DNA of 64,000 nt, from positions 20,767-84,766 of the forward strand of contig JAFQSU010000007.1 of NCBI GenBank assembly GCA_017409405.1, given 5' to 3'. A program made the translations under genes and the position numbers. The notes beneath the pieces are model-generated. The model had not been told where the DNA came from. It searched no databases and saw nothing but the letters and a program-made list of their open reading frames with translations. Source of the DNA: Oscillospiraceae bacterium. GTDB taxonomy: Bacteria > Bacillota > Clostridia > Oscillospirales > JAAYXM01. Below are positions 10,895-20,029 of this stretch, one piece after another (position 1 is the stretch's first letter; every line of letters starts with the position of its first letter).

Positions 10895-13405
10895 ATGAGT
10901 AAACAAAAAAGAGAAGAAAAACCGCTCAATCATCTTGATATAGAAAAGATTATTGACGTTGAATTAAATTCTGAAATGAAGCGAGCCTACATTGACTATT
11001 CAATGTCGGTCATTGTCGGTCGTGCGCTTCCCGATGTCCGTGACGGCTTAAAGCCCGTTCACCGCCGTATTCTTTATACCATGTACGAGGACGGTCTTAC
11101 TCCAGACAAGGCATACAGAAAGTCTGCCACAACCGTCGGTGACGTGCTCGGTCGCTATCATCCGCACGGCGACTCGTCGGTTTACGATGCGATGGTACGT
11201 ATGGCACAGCCGTTTTCTCTGCGCTACACCATGGTGGATGGCCACGGTAACTTCGGCTCTGTTGACGGCGACCCTGCCGCTGCATACCGCTATACCGAAG
11301 CACGTCTTTCAAAAATTGCGCTTGAAATGCTTGCCGACATCGACAAAGAAACAGTTGATTTTCAGGCAAACTTTGACGGATATCATCAGGAGCCGTCTGT
11401 CCTTCCGTCACGTATCCCCCACCTCTTAGTCAACGGAAGCAACGGTATTGCCGTCGGTATGACGACAAATATTCCTCCGCACAACCTCGGCGAGGTTATC
11501 GACGCCGTTATTGAGGTTATAGACAACCCCGAAGCAACGCTTGCTGACCTTATGGAGCATATCAAGGGTCCTGATTTTCCGACCGCAGGTGTTATTATGG
11601 GCATGGCAGGCATCAGGGCTGCATATTCCACGGGTAAGGGTCACCTTAAAGTGCGTGCAAAGACGGAGATTGAGGAGTTTGACAACGGCCGTTTCCGCAT
11701 TGTCGCAACCGAGCTTCCCTATATGGTAAACAAAGCCCGTCTTATAGAGCACATTGCCGACCTTGTAAAGAATAAAACAATAGAGGGCATCACACATATT
11801 CAGGATGAATCAAGCCGTGAGGGCATCCGTGTCGTTATTGAGCTTTCCCGTACCGCAAATCCGCAGGTTGTGCTCAACATGCTCTTCAAGCATACGCAGA
11901 TGCAGTCAACCTTCGGCGTTATCTTGCTTGCTCTTGTTGACAATAAGCCGAAAACCCTTTCTCTGCGCGATATCCTTGACCAGTATATAAAGTTCCAGAA
12001 GGATGTTATCCGCAGAAGAACGGCATACGAGCTTAAAAAGGCAGAGGCTCGCGCTCATATACTTGAGGGACTGCGAATTGCACTTGACCACATTGATGAA
12101 ATAATCAGAATTATCAGAACAAGCTATAACGATGCAAAGCAGCGCCTTATGGATACCTTCGGCATGAGTGAGGTTCAGGCTCAGGCTGTTCTTGACATGC
12201 GCCTTGCCCGTCTTCAGGGTCTTGAGCGTGAAAAGATTGATAATGAGTATAACGAGCTTATGAAGAAGATTGCATACTGCAAAGAGGTTCTTGAATCCGA
12301 TGCTTTAGTTGCAGGCATCTTAAAGGACGAGCTTTGCGTTATCAAGGAAAAGTACGGAGACCCGAGACGTACCGAGATTGTTCCGGTTGATGACGAAATT
12401 GACATTGAAGACCTCATTCCCGTTGAGGACTGTGCATACACTCTCACTCACCGCGGCTACATAAAGCGTATGCCCGTTTCGGTATACCGCTCACAGAACC
12501 GCGGCGGCAGAGGTGTTTCTGCAATGAAGCAGAAGGAAGAGGACTTCGTGGAAACAATGTTCACCGCATCAAGCCACGACTGGGTGCTGTTCTTTACCAC
12601 ACGCGGCAGAATGTACCGCATGAAGGGCTATCAGGTGCCTGAATCCGGTCGTACTGCAGTCGGCATGAACATAGTAAACCTCATAGCATTCGAGCCGGAT
12701 GAAAAGGTAACGGCAATGCTTTCGATAAAAGAATTTGACGATGAGCATTATCTTGTCATGGCGACAAGAAACGGTGTCGTAAAGCGTATTGCACTGTCCC
12801 GTGTCGATTCTGCACGTAAGGCAGGTGTCCGTGCAATAGGTCTTGACGATGACGACGAACTCATCTCGGTCATGCTTGCAGACGAAAAGAGCGAAATTTT
12901 CCTTGCGACAAGAAACGGTATGGCAATCAAGTTTGCCGCAACCGATATCCGTGCTACCGGCAGAGAAGCCGGTGGTGTTTACGGCATTGAGCTTCGTGAC
13001 GGAGACTATCTCATCGGCGCCGCAACGGTCAAGGAGGGTAAGGATGTTCTTACCGTTACCGAAAAGGGCTTCGGCAAGCGCACCGAGGTCGAGGAATACC
13101 GTCTGCAGAACCGCTACGGCAAGGGAATCATGAACTATAACATCGGCGAAAAGACCGGCGAGATTGCAAGCGTAATTATGGTTGATGACAACGATGATGT
13201 TATGATAATCTCCGACGACGGTGTTATAATAAGAATGCCGGCAAGAGATATAAGCCGCTTCGGACGAGTAACAAAGGGTGTTATCCTTATGCGCCTCGGA
13301 GAGAATGTAAAGGTAATTTCCGTTGCCGCCGCACCTCATGAAGAGGAAGAAGAGGCAGAGGAAGCGGTTGAAGCAACCGCAGAAGAAAGCGTAAGCGAAG
13401 AGTAA
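10895..13405 (+). CDS. gyrA: DNA gyrase subunit A
   Basis: 836 aa. QRDR region [17 protein letters not shown], catalytic [11 protein letters not shown]-terminal beta-pinwheel repeats and an acidic tail. Confidence 0.98.
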   Translation: MSKQKREEKPLNHLDIEKIIDVELNSEMKRAYIDYSMSVIVGRALPDVRDGLKPVHRRILYTMYEDGLTPDKAYRKSATTVGDVLGRYHPHGDSSVYDAMVRMAQPFSLRYTMVDGHGNFGSVDGDPAAAYRYTEARLSKIALEMLADIDKETVDFQANFDGYHQEPSVLPSRIPHLLVNGSNGIAVGMTTNIPPHNLGEVIDAVIEVIDNPEATLADLMEHIKGPDFPTAGVIMGMAGIRAAYSTGKGHLKVRAKTEIEEFDNGRFRIVATELPYMVNKARLIEHIADLVKNKTIEGITHIQDESSREGIRVVIELSRTANPQVVLNMLFKHTQMQSTFGVILLALVDNKPKTLSLRDILDQYIKFQKDVIRRRTAYELKKAEARAHILEGLRIALDHIDEIIRIIRTSYNDAKQRLMDTFGMSEVQAQAVLDMRLARLQGLEREKIDNEYNELMKKIAYCKEVLESDALVAGILKDELCVIKEKYGDPRRTEIVPVDDEIDIEDLIPVEDCAYTLTHRGYIKRMPVSVYRSQNRGGRGVSAMKQKEEDFVETMFTASSHDWVLFFTTRGRMYRMKGYQVPESGRTAVGMNIVNLIAFEPDEKVTAMLSIKEFDDEHYLVMATRNGVVKRIALSRVDSARKAGVRAIGLDDDDELISVMLADEKSEIFLATRNGMAIKFAATDIRATGREAGGVYGIELRDGDYLIGAATVKEGKDVLTVTEKGFGKRTEVEEYRLQNRYGKGIMNYNIGEKTGEIASVIMVDDNDDVMIISDDGVIIRMPARDISRFGRVTKGVILMRLGENVKVISVAAAPHEEEEEAEEAVEATAEESVSEE

Positions 13406-13408
13406 AAA

Positions 13409-13530
13409 GGCTTCCCCTCAAGGGGAAGCTGTCACGAAGTGACTGATGAGGTGTAGATTGCGGAGTAATCGTTATTTTTCCACCTCATCCGCCTCGTTCC
13501 TCGGCACCTTCCCCTCAAGGGGAAGGCTGA
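13409..13530. repeat. about 120-bp composite palindromic element (family A), arms ending in CTTCCCCTCAAGGGGAAG hairpins
   Basis: Hairpins at 13411-13428 and 13507-13526. Inner GTCACgaaGTGAC hairpin at 13431-13443. GATGAGGTG (13445) pairs with CACCTCATC (13481). The 3' end runs into the rnhA SD. A related hairpin plus SD sits at 47657-47690. Confidence 0.8.
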
Positions 13531-13545
13531 GAAAGGACTTATACT

Positions 13546-13986
13546 ATGAAAAAAGTCACAATATATACCGACGGTGCTTGCAGCGGCAACCCCGGTCCCG
13601 GCGGTTGGGGTGCGATTTTGGAGTATAACGGAACGGAAAAAGAGCTTTCCGGCGGTGAGGAGATGACCACCAACAACCGCATGGAGCTTACGGGCGTTAT
13701 ATCTGCGCTCCGTGCTCTGCGTGAGCCGTGTGAGGTTTCCCTGTATACCGACAGCAAGTACATTGTTGACGGCATCAATCAGGGCTGGGCAGAAAAATGG
13801 CGCTCAAACGGCTGGATGCGCAACAAAAAAGAAAAAGCCCTCAACCCGGATTTATGGGAAGAGCTTTTAAATCTTATAAAAACACATCAGGTTACATTCA
13901 TCTGGGTTAAAGGTCACGCCGCAAACCCGAAGAATAACCGCTGTGACGAACTCGCAGTAGCAGAGAGCAAGAGGTTTTCTGCATAG
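13546..13986 (+). CDS. rnhA: ribonuclease HI
   Basis: 146 aa. [27 protein letters not shown] and [14 protein letters not shown] motifs. Confidence 0.95.
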   Translation: MKKVTIYTDGACSGNPGPGGWGAILEYNGTEKELSGGEEMTTNNRMELTGVISALRALREPCEVSLYTDSKYIVDGINQGWAEKWRSNGWMRNKKEKALNPDLWEELLNLIKTHQVTFIWVKGHAANPKNNRCDELAVAESKRFSA

Positions 13987-14021
13987 CAATAAAAACATTA
14001 CATCAAGGAGATGAAACGCAA

Positions 14022-15191
14022 ATGATATACGCGGACAATTCGGCTACAACAAAGGTAAAGCCGGAGGTTCTCGAAAAAATGCTCCCCTTCCTGCAGGGAC
14101 AGTACGGCAACCCGTCAAGTCTCTATGCTTTTGCATATGACTCAAAGCGTGCCGTCGAAAATGCCCGTGAAGAGGTGGCAAAGGTTATAGGTGCAAAGGC
14201 AAGAGAAATCTTCTTCACAAGCTGCGGAAGTGAATCCAACAACTGGGTTATAAAGGGCGTTGCATCAAAGTACAGGGACAAGGGCAATCATATTATTACC
14301 TCATGTATAGAGCATCCGGCAATAATTCAGACCTGCAAATATCTCGAAAAGCAGGGCTTTCGTGTGACATATCTTCCGGTAGATGAGTACGGTTCTGTCT
14401 CTCCCGAAGACGTGAGAAAAGCGATATGTGAAGACACCATACTTATTTCCGTGATGATGGCAAACAACGAGATAGGAACAATACAGCCAATCCGTGAAAT
14501 CGGAGAAATAGCAAAGGAAAAGGACATCCTTTTCCATACCGACGCCGTTCAGGCATTCGGTCATATTCCGATAAACGTCGATGAGCTTAATATAGATTTC
14601 CTCTCACTTTCGGGACATAAGATAGGCACGCCGAAAGGAATCGGTGCGCTGTACATCAGAACAGGCATCAAGATAGACAACCTTATCCACGGCGGCGGTC
14701 AGGAAAAAAACCGCCGTGCAGGAACGGAAAACGTACCGTATATAGTCGGTCTCGGAGAGGCGGCAAGGCTTGCAAACGAGAATATGGCAAAAAACATCGA
14801 AAAGCTCACGGCAATGCGCACGGCACTTGTTGAGCGGGTTTTAAAAATCCCGTACACAAAGCTCACGGGGCATCCGACAAACAGACTCCCCGGACTTTGC
14901 AGTATTATAATAGAAGGCATTGAGGGTGAGGCACTGCTTCTCAATATGTATAATGAGGGCATCTGCGCAAGCTCGGGCTCTGCCTGCTCGTCAGGCTCGC
15001 TTGACCCGTCGCACGTCCTGCTTTCAATAGGGCTTCCGCATCATATTGCACACGGCTCTCTCCGTCTCTCTCTCGGTGAGGACAATGAACCGGGCGATGA
15101 GATAAAGATTGCAGAAGCCGTAGAAAAGGTAGCGGCAAGGCTTCGTGCCATGTCCCCCGTCTGGGAAAACGGAAAGCCGATGTGGGAATGA
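14022..15191 (+). CDS. nifS: cysteine desulfurase NifS/IscS class
   Basis: 389 aa. PLP lysine context SGHKIGTPKG and active-site loop SSGSACSS. Confidence 0.93.
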   Translation: MIYADNSATTKVKPEVLEKMLPFLQGQYGNPSSLYAFAYDSKRAVENAREEVAKVIGAKAREIFFTSCGSESNNWVIKGVASKYRDKGNHIITSCIEHPAIIQTCKYLEKQGFRVTYLPVDEYGSVSPEDVRKAICEDTILISVMMANNEIGTIQPIREIGEIAKEKDILFHTDAVQAFGHIPINVDELNIDFLSLSGHKIGTPKGIGALYIRTGIKIDNLIHGGGQEKNRRAGTENVPYIVGLGEAARLANENMAKNIEKLTAMRTALVERVLKIPYTKLTGHPTNRLPGLCSIIIEGIEGEALLLNMYNEGICASSGSACSSGSLDPSHVLLSIGLPHHIAHGSLRLSLGEDNEPGDEIKIAEAVEKVAARLRAMSPVWENGKPMWE

Positions 15192-15344
15192 TATAAATGG
15201 AAAATTGATAATGGAAAATTGATAATTAAGGAGAAATCGCTTTGCGATTTCAAGTCAAATTGTTTTGATAAAATCAAAACACCATAACTTTCCATTTTCA
15301 ACTTTCAATTTTCCATTAAATAAACGACGAAGGAGTTTTTTATA
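15192..15344 (+). repeat. about 150-bp structured palindromic element (family B), copy 1, ending in the nifU SD
   Basis: Left arm 2 x AATGGAAAATTGAT (15196-15223). Right arm ...CTTTCAATTTTCCATT (to 15317). Inner hairpins at 15233-15251 and 15262-15280. Tail ACGACGAAGGAGTTTTTT then ATG. Second copy at 45867-46014. Confidence 0.85.
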
Positions 15345-15779
15345 ATGTACAGCGAAAAAGTTTTAGACCATTTTTCAAATCCGCGCAATGTGGGAGAGCT
15401 TGAGGGTGCAAACGCCGTCGGTCAGGTCGGAAACCCCAAGTGCGGAGATATTATGAAAATGTATATGAAGATAGAAAACGATGTTGTTGTAGACGTCACG
15501 TTTAAGACCTTCGGCTGCGGCGCAGCTGTTGCAACAAGCTCTATGGCAACGGAAATGGTAAAGGGCAAGACCGTAGAAGAAGCTCTGAAGCTTACAAACC
15601 GCGCAGTTGCAGAGGCTCTTGACGGTCTTCCGCCGGAAAAGCTTCACTGCTCCGTTCTTGCAGAAGAAGCAATTCAGTCGGCTATCGCAGATTATTACAA
15701 GCGTCAGGGTAAAGACCCGAAGGACTACGGCATAAACGTCTGTGACGGCAACTGTGAGCATTGCCACGCACATAAATAG
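15345..15779 (+). CDS. nifU: Fe-S cluster assembly scaffold NifU/IscU
   Basis: 144 aa. Conserved Cys ligands (NPKCGD, FGCGAA, LHCS). Confidence 0.94.
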   Translation: MYSEKVLDHFSNPRNVGELEGANAVGQVGNPKCGDIMKMYMKIENDVVVDVTFKTFGCGAAVATSSMATEMVKGKTVEEALKLTNRAVAEALDGLPPEKLHCSVLAEEAIQSAIADYYKRQGKDPKDYGINVCDGNCEHCHAHK

Positions 15780-15792
15780 AAGCATAGAGAAT

Positions 15793-15830
15793 GGGGGACA
15801 CGACAAGAACGTGTCTCCCATAAAATTTGA
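15793..15830 (+). terminator. candidate nifU terminator
   Basis: GGGGGACACG-acaagaa-CGTGTCTCCC stem (1 mismatch) followed by A/T-rich sequence with T-runs. Confidence 0.55.
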
Positions 15831-15848
15831 TATTTTTTAAAAATGGTA

Positions 15849-15877
15849 TTGCTAATGTTCGTGTTTTGGAATATAAT
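15849..15877 (+). promoter_or_regulatory. candidate promoter of the R-M operon
   Basis: TTGCTA (15849-15854), 17-nt spacer, TATAAT (15872-15877). Confidence 0.6.
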
Positions 15878-15900
15878 CATTTCATAAGGAAGTGATTGAA

Positions 15901-16974
15901 ATGTTAGCATATATGACGGCAAACGAGGCAGCTGAAAAATGGAACATATCTCATAGAAGAGTTTTGACTCTTTGCAAAGAAAATCGCATTGCTGATATTG
16001 CTATGCTCGGAAACATGTGGATTATACCAATTGATGCAATAAAACCGGAAGACGCAAGGAGCCTTCGTTATAATAAAGGTGACGAGAAAGCTGTTAAACC
16101 TTTTTTGAAATGGGCTGGAGGAAAAGGGCAACTTATTAAAGAAATTGAAGCTTATTATCCTTTTAAAGACGGAAATATCACAAAATATGCAGAGCCTTTT
16201 GTTGGTGGCGGCGCAGTTTTATTTGACATTCTCAGCAAATATGAATTGAAAGAAGTTTATATAAGCGATATCAATGCTGAGCTTATGAATACTTATTTTA
16301 TTGTTCGCGACAATATAGATGCCTTGATTGAAAAACTACATGAAATGCAAAACAGTTTTATACCGTTAGAAGTAGAAAAGCGGAAAGCATATTATATGCA
16401 AAAGAGAATGCTGTTTAATAAGTTAAAAGAGAACACAAATGAAAAGAGTAATATTGAAAAAGCGGCAACAATGATATTTTTGAACAAAACCTGCTTTAAT
16501 GGTCTTTTTCGAGTAAATAAAAAAGGACTATTCAATGTTCCTATGGGATCTTATAAAAACCCCTTGATTTGCGATGAGAAAAACCTCAGAGCAGTATCGG
16601 AAAAATTACAAAAAATCACAATTGTTTGCGGAGATTACAGGGAGTCAGCAGACTTTATTGACAAAAACACATTTGTATATTTTGATCCACCATACAGACC
16701 GATTACGGAAACCGCAAGTTTTACTGCATATACAGAAAGTTTATTTAAGGATGAAGAACAGATTGAACTTGCGAAATTCGTTGATGAAATGCACAAAAAA
16801 GGAGCAAAAATAGTTGTTAGCAGTTCTGATCCGAAAAATACAAACAAAGAAGATGATTTCTTTGATAATATTTATGCTGCCCATAATATAAAACGCGTTG
16901 AAGCTACAAGAATGATTAACTGTAACAGTAAGGCAAGAGGAAAAATTACGGAATTGCTTATTTCTAATTTTTAA
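15901..16974 (+). CDS. Dam-family DNA (adenine-N6) methyltransferase with N-terminal HTH domain
   Basis: The track ORF starts at GTG 15892; ATG 15901 lies 8 nt after AAGGAAG, and ATG 15913 is also possible. Excisionase-like HTH MTANEAAEKWNISHRRVLTLCKENRI. Dam motifs KWAGGKGQL, EPFVGGGAV, FDPPY. Confidence 0.88.
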   Translation: MLAYMTANEAAEKWNISHRRVLTLCKENRIADIAMLGNMWIIPIDAIKPEDARSLRYNKGDEKAVKPFLKWAGGKGQLIKEIEAYYPFKDGNITKYAEPFVGGGAVLFDILSKYELKEVYISDINAELMNTYFIVRDNIDALIEKLHEMQNSFIPLEVEKRKAYYMQKRMLFNKLKENTNEKSNIEKAATMIFLNKTCFNGLFRVNKKGLFNVPMGSYKNPLICDEKNLRAVSEKLQKITIVCGDYRESADFIDKNTFVYFDPPYRPITETASFTAYTESLFKDEEQIELAKFVDEMHKKGAKIVVSSSDPKNTNKEDDFFDNIYAAHNIKRVEATRMINCNSKARGKITELLISNF

Positions 16975-16987
16975 GGAGAATTGAGTT

Positions 16988-17518
16988 ATGATAAAAAACG
17001 GCAAAGGTGGAGGAAATACCAAAACAGGTCTGGTTTTTGAAGGAAAGACAGATTTATCAACATTTCTTTCTATGCAAAAAGGGTATCAAGTAATCGAAGA
17101 TAAGGTATTTTACCAAGACGAACTGGTCGCAAGGATTTTTAAAAAGCACGACTTTTATAAGAAATTTCTTAAAGAGCTTGAGATAGATTGGACAAAGATT
17201 ATATCAAAGCAATTATTGCCGGACGACAGTATTTTTGTAATAATAAAGAACACATTATATATTATAGAGTGCAAGTTTCAGCAAGTGGCAGGCTCGGTTG
17301 ATGAAAAATTACAAACGTGTGATTTTAAGAAAAAACAGTATCAAAAGTTACTCTCAAAAGCAAATATAGATGTGGAATATATGTATTTGTTAAGTGATTG
17401 GTTTAGAGATGCTCGTTATAAAGACGTATTAGATTATATACATAGTGTCAGATGCCACTATTATTTTGAATATATTCCGCTGTATAAATTTGGATTGCCG
17501 GTTCCGGAAGAAGAATGA
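16988..17518 (+). CDS. putative type II restriction endonuclease, PD-(D/E)xK fold
   Basis: 176 aa, sandwiched between two methyltransferase genes. P78-D79...E94-C-K96 (LLPDDSIFVIIKNTLYIIECK). AAGGAG RBS. Family not recognised. Confidence 0.6.
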   Translation: MIKNGKGGGNTKTGLVFEGKTDLSTFLSMQKGYQVIEDKVFYQDELVARIFKKHDFYKKFLKELEIDWTKIISKQLLPDDSIFVIIKNTLYIIECKFQQVAGSVDEKLQTCDFKKKQYQKLLSKANIDVEYMYLLSDWFRDARYKDVLDYIHSVRCHYYFEYIPLYKFGLPVPEEE

Positions 17519-18264
17519 AAATGAAGAAAATAATTAGATGGGAGCCGGAAAACTTTGAATTGGAAATGACTACACATTGGTCTTTTCCAAAACGAGGAGA
17601 CTGGGCGACACACGATGCCAAATGGCGTGGAAATTGGTCACCTTATATACCGAGGAATATCATTTTGAGATATTCACATGAAGGAGATATGATTCTTGAC
17701 CAATTTGCCGGAGGCGGAACAACCCTTGTCGAAGCAAAGCTTTTAAACAGAGATATAATTGGTGTAGATATAAACGATGTTGCGATAGAACGATGTAAGG
17801 AAAAAACAACATTTGATTATCAGTCGGCGACCGGAAAGGTATACATAAAAAAGGGAGATGCAAGAAAGCTTGACTTTATTCCCAATGAAAGCATTGATCT
17901 TATATGCACACATCCGCCGTACGCAGATATTATCAAGTACAGCGAAGAAATCAATGGAGACTTATCTCAGTTAAAAGTTAAAGAGTTCGTTGAAGAAATG
18001 AAAAAAGTGGCAGCGGAAAGTTATCGCGTCTTAAAAAAGGACAAGTTTTGTGCCATCCTTATGGGAGACACACGGCAAAAAGGGCATATGATACCAATGT
18101 CGTTTGATGTAATGCGTGTTTTCCAAGAAGCCGGATTTAAACTGAAAGAAATTATTATTAAAGAGCAACACAATTGTAAGGCGACGGGATATTGGAAAAC
18201 TAACAGCGTAAAGTACAACTTTTTATTGATAGCGCATGAATATTTGTTCATCTTTAGAAAATAA
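17515..18264 (+). CDS. SAM-dependent DNA methyltransferase (motif I before motif IV; HPPY)
   Basis: 249 aa. 4-nt ATGA overlap with the nuclease gene. LDQFAGGGTTLVEAKLLNRDIIGVDIN (SAM site) at aa 61-87 and CTHPPYAD at aa 131-138. Confidence 0.8.
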   Translation: MKMKKIIRWEPENFELEMTTHWSFPKRGDWATHDAKWRGNWSPYIPRNIILRYSHEGDMILDQFAGGGTTLVEAKLLNRDIIGVDINDVAIERCKEKTTFDYQSATGKVYIKKGDARKLDFIPNESIDLICTHPPYADIIKYSEEINGDLSQLKVKEFVEEMKKVAAESYRVLKKDKFCAILMGDTRQKGHMIPMSFDVMRVFQEAGFKLKEIIIKEQHNCKATGYWKTNSVKYNFLLIAHEYLFIFRK

Positions 18265-18284
18265 TTTTTTACTCAATATTTATG

Positions 18285-18323
18285 AAAAAACCGATAAAAG
18301 TAAATGACTTTTATCGGTTTTTT
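18285..18323. terminator. bidirectional terminator between the R-M operon and the XRE gene
   Basis: AAAAAACCGATAAAAGT-aaatg-ACTTTTATCGGTTTTTT. Confidence 0.85.
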
Positions 18324-18327
18324 CTAT

Positions 18328-18936
18328 CTAAGACTTGCGCATCTTTTTGATTCTTGACCAGAGAAGAATAATAATCTGCCCGGGTATACCGAGGGTATAT
18401 ATAAGACGGACGTTTATTGAGAAGAGAACAACAAGCGAAATATGGATTGCCGAAAGCGTGCTCCACATAAGAAGTGAGATGATAAGAAAATTGAGTCGTG
18501 TATTAAACCATACAGAGTTAAGAACAAGCCACAATATAAAGGTCGGAGGAACCGCCCAGAGAAAAACGAGCCAATGATGGTTATGTGTATATTCGCGGAA
18601 CATATCTCCCGTAACAAATATAATAAGAGCGATAAGCCAGATAAGCGTTATTGACATCGCCGTGATAAATCCGCGGTTTGCGCGGAGAATGCCGCCTACA
18701 TCACGGGGCTTCGGCTTTGTCGTATGCTCGGCTTCAAGAAGATAATCAACCGAAACCGAAAAAATATCTGCAATCTGCTTGAGCACGGAAATATCGGGAA
18801 CAGATTCGCCACGTTCCCATTTTGACACAGCCTTATCCGAGTAATTCAACCTCTCTGCGAGGTCAAACTGAGTCATCTCGGCACCCTTTCGCAAAGCCGC
18901 TATATTTTCTGCTATAATGAGCTTCAATTTTTCCAT
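18328..18936 (-). CDS. XRE-family HTH regulator with C-terminal transmembrane domain
   Basis: 202 aa. N-terminal Cro/C1 HTH (MTQFDLAERLNYSDKAVSKWERGESVPDISVLKQIADIF) followed by about four hydrophobic helices. Confidence 0.85.
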   Translation of the reverse strand: MEKLKLIIAENIAALRKGAEMTQFDLAERLNYSDKAVSKWERGESVPDISVLKQIADIFSVSVDYLLEAEHTTKPKPRDVGGILRANRGFITAMSITLIWLIALIIFVTGDMFREYTHNHHWLVFLWAVPPTFILWLVLNSVWFNTRLNFLIISLLMWSTLSAIHISLVVLFSINVRLIYTLGIPGQIIILLWSRIKKMRKS

Positions 18937-19098
18937 AAAATGTCCTCATCTGAAAAAACTTGTTACTTTTCTTAAATTGTAGCATATTTTCAATGGGAAA
19001 ACAACGAATATTTTGTAAATTCTACCGTGAGTAGAAAATAAAAATTACATCTCTACACATACAAAAGTACAAATAGCGTGCAAAAAAGCGACAGGGGA

Positions 19099-19126
19099 TT
19101 GAAAAAAAAGAATAATGTGGTAGAAT
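19099..19126 (+). promoter_or_regulatory. candidate degV promoter
   Basis: TTGAAA, 16-nt spacer, TGgTAGAAT (extended -10). Confidence 0.5.
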
Positions 19127-19158
19127 ACTAACATAACACAAGCAGGAGGAAAAACACA

Positions 19159-20019
19159 ATGAATGATTATGTTATAATTACGGACTCGGCATGTGACATT
19201 GCTGCTGATATACTTTCTGACTGGGGAGTTAAGAGCTTAAGCCTGACGCTTCGCTTTTCCGATGAGGATAAGGAATACGGAAACGATGAGATATCTGCAA
19301 AAGAGTTTTATCAAAGGATGCGCGACGGTGCGCATGCACAGACCTCTGCAATAAACATCGAGGGATTTAAGGAAGTCTTTCGCCGTGAGCTTTCAGAGGG
19401 AAGGGATGTTCTTTACCTCGGCTTTTCTTCGGGACTGAGCAACACGTATAACGCAGGAAGACTTGCGGCAGAAGAGCTGCACGAAGAATTCCCCGACCGT
19501 CGTGTAATAGCGGTAGATACTCTCTGCGCTTCCGCAGGCGAGGGGCTTATCGTATATCTCGCGGCAGAAAAGCAGAAGTCGGGTGCGACTATTGAGGAGA
19601 CGGCAAGATTTGTCACCGAAAACCGTTTAAGTCTGTGCCATTGGTTTACGGTAGACGACCTCAAATACCTAAAGCGCGGCGGCAGAGTAAGCCCGACGGC
19701 GGCGTTTGTCGGCGGAGTGCTCAACATAAAGCCTGTCATGCATGTTGACGATGCAGGAAAGCTTGTTCCCGTTTCCAAGGTACGCGGAAGACGTGCCGCT
19801 CTCCGTGAGATAGCAGCACAGTATGAAAAGCTTGCACTTGATAAAAACGGAATTGTTTTCATCTCCCACGGCGACTGCATGGACGATGTAAACGAAATAA
19901 AAGCACTTCTTGAAGAAAAGGGCGGAGAGGTTAAAATAATAACGTATGTCGGCCCCGTCATAGGGGCTCATTCCGGTCCCGGCACACTCGCAGTTTTCTT
20001 TATGGGAAAGAACAGATAA
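19159..20019 (+). CDS. DegV family fatty-acid-binding protein
   Basis: 286 aa. Typical DegV N-terminus (IITDSACDI), with SSGLSNTY and GPGTLAVFF motifs. Confidence 0.92.
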   Translation: MNDYVIITDSACDIAADILSDWGVKSLSLTLRFSDEDKEYGNDEISAKEFYQRMRDGAHAQTSAINIEGFKEVFRRELSEGRDVLYLGFSSGLSNTYNAGRLAAEELHEEFPDRRVIAVDTLCASAGEGLIVYLAAEKQKSGATIEETARFVTENRLSLCHWFTVDDLKYLKRGGRVSPTAAFVGGVLNIKPVMHVDDAGKLVPVSKVRGRRAALREIAAQYEKLALDKNGIVFISHGDCMDDVNEIKALLEEKGGEVKIITYVGPVIGAHSGPGTLAVFFMGKNR

Positions 20020-20029
20020 TAAGAAGATA

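Noticed and set aside
13446-13628. 60-aa ORF (MRCRLRSNRYFSTSSASFLGTFPSRGRL...)
   Set aside because: It is a translation of the family A palindromic repeat that runs out of frame into rnhA.
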